Origin: an uncultured Chloroflexia bacterium
Lineage (GTDB): Bacteria; Chloroflexota; Limnocylindria; Limnocylindrales; CSP1-4
DNA: 64,000 bases
Assembly: GCA_963789725.1 (NCBI GenBank)
Contig: CAWBLU010000003.1
Location: 387,170 to 451,169, forward strand
Direction: 5' to 3'
How positions within the stretch are numbered: position 1 is the stretch's first letter; each line of letters starts with the position of its first letter. Shown piece after piece: positions 25,721 to 32,538 of this stretch. The notes below the pieces were generated by a model. The model was not told the DNA's origin. It saw only the letters and a list, made by a program, of their open reading frames with translations, and searched no databases. The position numbers were made by a program, and so were the translations under genes.

Positions 25721-25897
25721 CCTGAGCGGTCGGGCCTCGCCCGAACCTTTTCGACCAGGAACCCCGCGCTGGTCTCCCCCGGCCGGTATTCGGTGGGCTT
25801 CCGCGGCGCGAGACGGTACGTCGAGGGCCCACCCCAGACCGGCCTCAAGATCCAGAATGCGGTCTAGCCGATAACTCGATTACTCGCCGGTGAAGCG

Positions 25898-27226
25898 GTG
25901 AAGCTACTCCGAGCGCTCCTCATCGCTCTTCTTGCCGCGGCTGTCACGGCCTGCGACCTCTCCCCAACGCCCCTGCCGGCGTCCTCGCCGACCGGTCGCG
26001 TCACGCCGGCAAGGCCAACAGCGGGCGCCACCCCTATCGCCGCCCCTGCGACCAGCGTCGCGGTTACACCCACGGACCATCTCATAGTGGTGCGAGAGGC
26101 AGGCGGTGTCGGAGAGTTCTACGACCGCGCCACGGGCGCGAAGTTTGTGCCGCGCGGCATGAACTACATCCGCCTGGCGAACCAGACCAAGGCCGACGGG
26201 TCGGTCACGTTCGGCCATTCCGTGTTCGATCCCGGCCGGTACGACCAGCCCCGCGTGGGCGGCGCCCTGGAGAAGATTCACGCCGACGGTTACAACACCG
26301 TCCGCGTGTTCCTCAGTCCGGACACGATGGGCACGGCCGACGGCGGTCTCTCGCCCGAGTACATGAAGAACGTCGCCGATTTCCTGCGTCTGGCGAGCGC
26401 TAACGCCATCTACGTGATGTTCACCCTCGACTGGATCCCCGGCGGCAAGTACGGCGCGATCTTGAACACGGATTGCTGTTCGGCCTTCGCCCTGATGAAT
26501 GCCAACTTCCTGCCTCCTGCTGGCCTCGAGGCGAATCAGGTCTTTTACCGGGACTTCATTCACGGATTGCTGGACCTCGGAGCGCCCACGGAGTACGTAT
26601 TCTCGTACGAATTGAGAAACGAGATGTTCTACGACTCGGACTTGCCGCCGCTCTCGTTCAAGTCGGGCGTCGTGACGACGGCGAATGGCAAGTCGTACGA
26701 CATGGCCAAGGCGTCGGACAAGGATCTGATGGTGCGCGAAAACCTCGTGTACTGGATCGACCATATGCGCGCCTCGATCCAGGAGGTCGATCCGACTGCG
26801 CTCGTGAGCGTCGGCTTCTTCCAGCCGCAACAGCCGAACCCGACCCGAGAGGAGGACCCGCGTCTCGCGATGACCGAGCCGGCCATCTGGCAGTCCACGG
26901 CCGACTTCGTCGACCTGCACGCGTACCCGGGGTCCGGCTTGACCCTCAAGCAGTATGTCGAGAACTTCGGCATCAACGGCATGAAGCAGAAGCCGATTGT
27001 CATGGGCGAATTCGGCGGCGAGATCTCCCGGTTCCCGTCCGTCTCGGTGGCGGCGCAGACATTCGCGGCCTGGCAGGCGGAATCCTGCTCCTACGGCTTC
27101 GACGGCTGGTTGTTCTGGTCCTGGGATCTGAGCGAGCAACCCGACTTCTTCAACGCCTTGATGTATCAGGGCGCGATCAACGGCGTGCTCGCCCCCGTCG
27201 CGCGGCCGGATCCCTGCTCGGTTTAA
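25898..27226 (+). CDS. secreted lipoprotein, TIM-barrel glycoside hydrolase-like (GH5-like)
   Basis: GTG start; signal peptide with lipobox LLAAAVTAC, a Pro/Thr/Ala linker, then a domain with RGMNYIRL...GYNTVRVFL...DWIPGG pattern resembling GH5-type (beta/alpha)8 hydrolases. Family assignment is tentative. Confidence 0.45.
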   Translation: MKLLRALLIALLAAAVTACDLSPTPLPASSPTGRVTPARPTAGATPIAAPATSVAVTPTDHLIVVREAGGVGEFYDRATGAKFVPRGMNYIRLANQTKADGSVTFGHSVFDPGRYDQPRVGGALEKIHADGYNTVRVFLSPDTMGTADGGLSPEYMKNVADFLRLASANAIYVMFTLDWIPGGKYGAILNTDCCSAFALMNANFLPPAGLEANQVFYRDFIHGLLDLGAPTEYVFSYELRNEMFYDSDLPPLSFKSGVVTTANGKSYDMAKASDKDLMVRENLVYWIDHMRASIQEVDPTALVSVGFFQPQQPNPTREEDPRLAMTEPAIWQSTADFVDLHAYPGSGLTLKQYVENFGINGMKQKPIVMGEFGGEISRFPSVSVAAQTFAAWQAESCSYGFDGWLFWSWDLSEQPDFFNALMYQGAINGVLAPVARPDPCSV

Positions 27227-27376
27227 GGACGGCGAGTTGCGCCGGCCGGGACGACGGGGTCGACAGGCCGACCCTATGCCGGTCCTGGCGCCGATACCGC
27301 GGCCCACCTCGAGAGACGTAGATTGGCGTCATCGCCGGTCGGGGTAGGAAACAGGGCCGGCGACGGAGGCAACTCG

Positions 27377-27610
27377 ATGGACCCGATCACCGCCAGGATG
27401 CTCAGCCAGGCTCACATTTCCGAACTCCACGCCGAAGGCGCCGCCAACCGCATGGCGGCCGCGGCCCACAAGAAGAGCCGGGTCGAGTCGCCGTGTCGGA
27501 TCGAGGCGGTCGGTCGAAAGCCCCGAGTGGAGCTTCCGCAGGTCGACTGCTCCTGGTTCGAGCGACTCTGGGCGACGATCCGCCGCGCTATCCCTGCGCG
27601 CGCCGCCTGA
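27377..27610 (+). CDS. hypothetical small protein
   Basis: ATG preceded by GGAGGC; 77 aa; no recognisable domain. Confidence 0.3.
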   Translation: MDPITARMLSQAHISELHAEGAANRMAAAAHKKSRVESPCRIEAVGRKPRVELPQVDCSWFERLWATIRRAIPARAA

Positions 27611-27630
27611 CCTCGCCCGGGCGAAGCCGC

Positions 27631-27828
27631 TCAGCGCCGCACTGGGCGGCACATTTGCCCACTGGCCCCGCGCCGCGCGACGTTTAGCGAAAGCGACTCG
27701 CTGTGGTCGCGCTCGATCAGCGACATCGTCCCCTGAGCAACCCCGGCTATGCCCGCCAGCTCAAGCTGGCTCATCCCGCGCCGCTTTCGAACGGCCCTGA
27801 TGACAGCTCCGAACTGGACATCGTTCAC
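27631..27828 (-). CDS. XRE-family (Cro/CI-type HTH) transcriptional regulator
   Basis: IRAVRKRRGMSQLELAGIAGVAQGTMSLIERDH is a canonical HTH_XRE. Divergent from the membrane-protein gene. Confidence 0.7.
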   Translation of the reverse strand: MNDVQFGAVIRAVRKRRGMSQLELAGIAGVAQGTMSLIERDHSESLSLNVARRGASGQMCRPVRR

Positions 27829-28078
27829 GCGGCGATTGTCAACGAGGCCACTTCACGACCGCTTATCTGCGAAGCTATGTCCGCCAGTTCTGTTGGATGC
27901 GCGAAGCCGGCTGGAGGCGGGAGCCCGTGGTGATGACGGTCAAGAGTCGTGACCTCGCCGCGGCCGCATCGAACCTGGGGGCGGCGCCACCCGCGACGCC
28001 ATCCTCGGCCGCATCGAACCTGGGCGCGGCACCACCCTCGGCACCACCCGCGGCAGCGGCGACCGATGTGGGCCCCCG

Positions 28079-28585
28079 ATGAAACTGCACAGCGGCCTGA
28101 CGGTCAACGGCCGATCGTACTCCAAGGGCGACGAGATCCCGGGGTTCTTCGTCTACCCCTTCTTCCTCGTGCACATGCTGGCGTTCGGCGTCTCGGGCTT
28201 CGTCCTGGCCTACAGCGGCGCGCCAGCGCTGTTTCTGTTCATGCACGGCGGCATCGCGATCTTCGTCTACACCGTCTTCTATCTGGCCATCTTCGGCCTG
28301 GACGAAGTCAAGTGGATGTTCATCAACGCCGGACTGGGGATCTTCGGGATCCTCAGCCAGATCGACTGGTTGCTCTCCCTGTTCGGCCGCCGGGTCGCCG
28401 ACTACCCGGTCTACGTGCACATCATTCCGTTCCTCTACTTCGTGCTCTACACGTTCCTGATCCGTCACGCCCTGCTCGATCTGCTGGGCGCCCGAGACGA
28501 CGACGCGAAGAGGACCCGGGTGCAGTACGGCTACATCGGCGCGTCGGTGGCCTTCTACGTGTTCGCGCACGTGCTCGAGGGCTGA
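28079..28585 (+). CDS. hypothetical integral membrane protein (5 predicted TM helices)
   Basis: 168 aa with five strongly hydrophobic 20-25 aa segments. Start overlaps the stop of a short upstream repeat-containing ORF (ATGA). Confidence 0.55.
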   Translation: MKLHSGLTVNGRSYSKGDEIPGFFVYPFFLVHMLAFGVSGFVLAYSGAPALFLFMHGGIAIFVYTVFYLAIFGLDEVKWMFINAGLGIFGILSQIDWLLSLFGRRVADYPVYVHIIPFLYFVLYTFLIRHALLDLLGARDDDAKRTRVQYGYIGASVAFYVFAHVLEG

Positions 28586-28641
28586 CGGCGAGCGTCGCGC
28601 GGACCCCGCTCGTCTGGCCGCGCGTGCGGCCTTTCGCTTCG

Positions 28642-29670
28642 TCAGCCGTCCCAGCGGACCCGGACGTGCTGCCGGATACCGGGCAGCGGCATCGACGCGG
28701 CCTCCGCCTCCACAGCCGCTCGTTCCGCGGTCGAGAGCCGGCGCCACGACTCGATCGTGACGTTGGTTTGCGCGCGTCGCCACGTCCCGGCAATCTCGCC
28801 GCTCACAAGGACGGCCCCGGGCCAGACTCGGGGCGTCCAGAGCGCGCGACGATTGTCGGGGTCAGGGACCAGCAATTCCCGATCGGCTCCTTGCAGTAGG
28901 AAGTAGGCGTCCCCGCTCGGGAGAAGCCGAGCGAGCGCCGCCGATCCGCCGGGGGCACGGAACGCCGGCTCGTCTTCGGCCAGGATCCATGCGTCGCCGG
29001 CCGGCGTTCGGACCGGCGTCAGCGATTCGCCGAGCGCGGCGAACGCGGCCCGGCCGGCGGCGGCTCTCGGCCTGATCCCGGCCCACTCGGCAAATGCGGC
29101 GGGCGTGGCCGGCCCGAAGATGTGCAGGTAGCGGCGCGCAAGCTCGAGGCGTGCCTGGCGCGGGTCGACGCCCGGTGGCGGCACGGTCCAGATGGCCGGC
29201 TGCCGCGCCCCATCCCACCGGATCAGCACCGTGCCGGTCGGCGCGGCATACCTCAGGCTGTTCGGGTGCACGCCGAGCGCGTGCCCCACTTCGCCGTAGT
29301 TCATCCTTCGACCGTCGAGGAAGCCGTGTAGCCGGAGGGCGAGATCGTCCGCCCGGCGTCGCAATTCGCCGCCTTCGGCGAGCCGCCCGAGCGAGAAGAT
29401 CGCGAGGTCAACCTCGGCGACGACGTAAACGCTCCACCGAGGTCCCCAAACCTGCACGAGCGACGCGTCCTCCCAGGTTTCCGGTCTGGTCCCCTGAACG
29501 CGTGCATGGATCGACAGGACCGCCGCGCGAGGCACGCTGTCCTGCAGCCCCGCCCAGGCCGCCCGTCTGAGCGACACAGGGCCGGGCGGCAACCGCTCGT
29601 CGAGACCACCGACCGATCGTCGGTACCTGAGGATCTGCTCGCGCGTCAACTCGAGCCGGGCCGAGGCCAT
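28642..29670 (-). CDS. winged-helix DUF1006 protein, YcaQ/AlkZ-like (putative DNA glycosylase family)
   Basis: N-terminus LTREQILRYRRSVGGL...AAVLSIHARV and C-terminus LLPSGDAYFLL...RVWPGAVLVSGEIAGTWRR resemble the YcaQ/AlkZ HTH_42 family. The Q-phi-(Q/D) catalytic motif is not clearly conserved (LQD). Confidence 0.5.
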   Translation of the reverse strand: MASARLELTREQILRYRRSVGGLDERLPPGPVSLRRAAWAGLQDSVPRAAVLSIHARVQGTRPETWEDASLVQVWGPRWSVYVVAEVDLAIFSLGRLAEGGELRRRADDLALRLHGFLDGRRMNYGEVGHALGVHPNSLRYAAPTGTVLIRWDGARQPAIWTVPPPGVDPRQARLELARRYLHIFGPATPAAFAEWAGIRPRAAAGRAAFAALGESLTPVRTPAGDAWILAEDEPAFRAPGGSAALARLLPSGDAYFLLQGADRELLVPDPDNRRALWTPRVWPGAVLVSGEIAGTWRRAQTNVTIESWRRLSTAERAAVEAEAASMPLPGIRQHVRVRWDG

Positions 29671-29855
29671 TCGATGTCATCTCCGCGGAGAGCGGGTTCG
29701 CGCGACCACTGTAGCGGGCCACATCAAGCCGCTGCGAGTCGGCCCAGGCGCCGCGCGGGGACTAGCGCTCATGAACAGCGGCACGATCAGGGCCCGAGCA
29801 GCTCCTGGCTAGAGTAATGTGCTACCGTGTGCTACATGAAGACTGCGGCGCGAAC

Positions 29856-30158
29856 ATGAGCGAAGGGGAGGCACCCGCGCGTGTGGGGGTGCGCGAGCTT
29901 CGGCAGAACCTCTCCGTGTATCTGCGGCGCGTGGAGAGAGGGGAGACTCTCGACGTGACCGAACACGGTCGCCTGGTGGCGCGCCTTGCGCCGGCGCCGG
30001 CTCCGGAGGTGAGTATCCTGGACAGGTTGATCGCGGAAGGTCGAGCCACGCCGGCCAGCCGTTCGATCGGCGACCTTCCGGAACCGATCAAACTGGCGCC
30101 GGGCTCTGAGAGCGTCTCGGATGTGCTCCGCCGGATGCGCGAGGAAGAACGCTGGTGA
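29856..30158 (+). CDS. Phd/YefM-family type II antitoxin
   Basis: VGVRELRQNLSVYLRRVERGETLDVTEHGRLVARLAP is a Phd/YefM signature. Stop overlaps the vapC start. Confidence 0.7.
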   Translation: MSEGEAPARVGVRELRQNLSVYLRRVERGETLDVTEHGRLVARLAPAPAPEVSILDRLIAEGRATPASRSIGDLPEPIKLAPGSESVSDVLRRMREEERW

Positions 30159-30556
30159 GCCAGACCTATGTCGACTCGTCGGCCCTCGTGAAGTTGATCG
30201 TCGATGAGCCAGAAACCGATGCGCTGCGGCGGCATATCGCCTCGGCCGGGCCGCTTGCGTCCAGCATTCTCGCAACCGTCGAGGTCTCGCGGGCGGTCGC
30301 TCGGGTCGCGCCTGCATCGATGGCCGAGGTCGCCGCCGTGCTCCAGGCGCTGAACGTTATGGCCTTCGACGCCCGAATCGCCGCCCGCGCAGCCGCGCTG
30401 GGTCCGGCCAGCCTGCGTGCCCTCGATGCCATCCACCTGGCGACGGCTCTCGAGTTGCGGGACGAGCTGACTGCCTTCATCTCCTACGATGAGCGCCTGC
30501 TGGCAGCAGCCCGCGACCTGGGCCTGCCCGTGGTCGCGCCGAGCGGCTACTTGTGA
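30155..30556 (+). CDS. vapC: PIN-domain toxin VapC
   Basis: YVDSSALVKLIVDE ... DAIHLATA ... ISYDERL is a PIN fold with the acidic residues in place. Confidence 0.75.
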   Translation: MSQTYVDSSALVKLIVDEPETDALRRHIASAGPLASSILATVEVSRAVARVAPASMAEVAAVLQALNVMAFDARIAARAAALGPASLRALDAIHLATALELRDELTAFISYDERLLAAARDLGLPVVAPSGYL

Positions 30557-30792
30557 AGCGGACTCTGAAGGCTGACGAGTTCGACACGAGGTTCGACACG
30601 GGGCAGGACGTCACAGGCGACCTCGACCGGTCTGCTGCCCGCCGCCCCCTTCAGAAGGCCAGGCGCGTCAACGTGGACTTCCCGTCATGGATGGTCGAGT
30701 CGCTGGACCGCGAGGCGAAGCACCTCGGCGTCACCCGCCAGTCGGTCATCAAGATGTGGATCGCGGAGCGGCTGGAGAAGCGGGCGTCGTAG
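30553..30792 (+). CDS. ribbon-helix-helix CopG/BrnA-like antitoxin-family protein (orphan)
   Basis: GTG start overlaps the vapC stop. [15 protein letters not shown]...[38 protein letters not shown] matches the BrnA/CopG-antitoxin architecture. No BrnT-like toxin is adjacent. Confidence 0.55.
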   Translation: MKRTLKADEFDTRFDTGQDVTGDLDRSAARRPLQKARRVNVDFPSWMVESLDREAKHLGVTRQSVIKMWIAERLEKRAS

Positions 30793-31281
30793 GTAATGGG
30801 ACCAGGCGCTGGCATCGAACGTTGTCCGAGGTGAGTGAGCTACGAGTACACCCGCGAGCCGCGGCGTCTTCGCGCCAGCGCCGACGGCGCGGGCTCATTC
30901 TGAGTGAAACGTGGCGCTGAGAATGAGCCATCCCGCTCGCTGCCGTAGAAATCGCCCGAGGCAGACAGCAACTCTTGGAGGCACTTCGCCGAGCCCCCGG
31001 GCAAAGGACGTTTCGGCCGAGCTTCTCAGCCAACTCCCTGTCGCCGTGGACGACCCGGAGCCCGCGCCGAACCTTCGTCTCGGACGGGTATCCCTCTCCT
31101 CCGCTTACCGGTCGGCTCGAAAGGAGGGGAGGTTCTCGAATTCGCTGTGGCGCATCATGTCGGGCCCTGGACCGCTCAGCAGCCAGCGTTTCATTCCGGC
31201 CGATCATCCGGTTTCGCCCGTGGCCCGGGAGTTATGCTCAACGGCAAGTTGTTGGCCAGCGACGTCGTGGGGGTGGCGTGA

Positions 31282-32301
31282 ATGGACCCTGTGTATCAAT
31301 GGAAGGCCATTGAGAGCTCCTTCAGTTCCGGCCTAGTTCTTGGCAACGGAAGTTCCATTGCTTTCGACCGGAGGTTCGCTTACGGCTCTCTCAAGGGACT
31401 CGCCGTAGAAGAGGGCCTCATCACTGCCGACGTGGACAAGGTCTTTCGCCACCTCGACTCCGATGACTTCGAATTAGTGATGCGAATGCTCTGGCACGCC
31501 AGCCAAATCAACCAGGCACTCGAAGTCGAGGACCCAAGGACGTCGGCAGCCTACTCCTCGGTCCGAGATGCTCTGATCGCGGTGGTACAGGCTGTACACG
31601 TACCGTATGGGGCGGTCTCTGATCGCCTTCCCTTGGCTGCTGACTTCATGTCGCGCTTCTCCACCGTCGTCTCCCTCAGCTACGACCTCCTGGTCTACTG
31701 GGCCATCCTTTCGGCGAATGACGAACGGGCAAATCGCTTCAAGGATTGCTTCATTAGGGGGCAATTCAATCAAGACTGGCAGTGGCTTCGGCAACCCTAC
31801 CGCTCGAATTGGGCGAGCACTCTCGTGTTCTATCCGCATGGCAACCTCGCCCTGGCGGCTACGCTTAGCGGGGCTGAGTTCAAGATCCAAGTCGACGGAG
31901 GCGCTCTCCTGGAGACCGTTTTCGATCGTTGGCGCGAAGATGCGACCCCTTTGTTCGTAAGCGAGGGCACGTCCGAGCAGAAGCGCGCGGCGATCCGTCG
32001 AAGCCCGTATCTGTCCGCCGTCTACGACGAAGTCCTACCGGAGCTGGGAGAGAGCGTAGTGACTCTGGGATGGTCAATGGGCGAGAACGACGACCATCTT
32101 CTCGAAGCGATCTGTCGAAGAGGAACCCGGAGATTCGCCGTGGCGGTCGATCCCAACTCAGACCGCCTCGCTGAGAGCCAAGCCAATGTGCGCCGCCGGA
32201 TCAGCGGTCTGCTTCGTGAAGAATTGGGCGAAGTCGTCTTCTATGATTGGACCAGCCCAGGTTGTTGGATCAATCTCGATCCCGCGGAGGTCGACAGATG
32301 A
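31282..32301 (+). CDS. SIR2-like (SIR2_2/DUF4917-type) domain protein, candidate NAD-dependent defence effector
   Basis: 339 aa with LVLGNGSSIAF (GxGxS NAD-binding motif), SLSYDLLVYW (NYD-type motif) and FYPHGNL (HG motif), in the order and spacing seen in SIR2-like domains such as ThsA. Gene GC is about 57% against a roughly 70% background. Confidence 0.55.
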   Translation: MDPVYQWKAIESSFSSGLVLGNGSSIAFDRRFAYGSLKGLAVEEGLITADVDKVFRHLDSDDFELVMRMLWHASQINQALEVEDPRTSAAYSSVRDALIAVVQAVHVPYGAVSDRLPLAADFMSRFSTVVSLSYDLLVYWAILSANDERANRFKDCFIRGQFNQDWQWLRQPYRSNWASTLVFYPHGNLALAATLSGAEFKIQVDGGALLETVFDRWREDATPLFVSEGTSEQKRAAIRRSPYLSAVYDEVLPELGESVVTLGWSMGENDDHLLEAICRRGTRRFAVAVDPNSDRLAESQANVRRRISGLLREELGEVVFYDWTSPGCWINLDPAEVDR

Positions 32302-32384
32302 TCCCCTGGTGTTCTCGCCTGGCATGGGACGCCGCTTTCTAGCGATTAGGGCCATCTTCTGCGTCGGGTGCTGCTATCCTTCCC

Positions 32385-32534
32385 CCAGCCCTTGAGGCCG
32401 GGTCTGTGAGCCCGGCGGAAGTCAAAGAGACGGCTTGCCGGCGCTTTGACTCGCGGTCCTGAGAGGCCGGGGAGGAGAACGATGCGCCCGTGTAAGCTGA
32501 ACCACCGCGCCCGCGAGGCCGGTGGCTTTTTTGT
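32385..32534 (+). promoter_or_regulatory. PyrR-dependent translation-coupled attenuator (leader) of carB
   Basis: Hairpin GCCGGG-tctgtgag-CCCGGC (same loop as the carA leader, compensatory stem changes). PyrR box GGUCCUGAGAGGCCGGGGAGGAG at 32456-32478. Terminator CCACCGcGCC-cgcga-GGCCGGTGG then CTTTTTTGT (32502-32534), with a stem identical to the carA leader. Confidence 0.7.
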
Positions 32535-32538
32535 ATGA
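32482..32538 (+). CDS. carB leader peptide (18 aa, MRPCKLNHRAREAGGFFV)
   Basis: ATG is 5 nt after GGAGGAG. The TGA overlaps the carB ATG (gtATGAcg). Shares ...NHRA..AGGFFV with the carA leader peptide because both span the same terminator. Confidence 0.5.
   Translation: MRPCKLNHRAREAGGFFV

Noticed and set aside
27875-28783. 302-aa minus-strand ORF across the membrane-protein gene
   Set aside because: It is antisense to a frame with five clean hydrophobic helices, and its product is low-complexity.
30911-31336. 141-aa ORF in the SIR2-like gene leader
   Set aside because: Arg/Pro-rich, no RBS, and it overlaps the start of the SIR2-like gene. Treated as non-coding leader.
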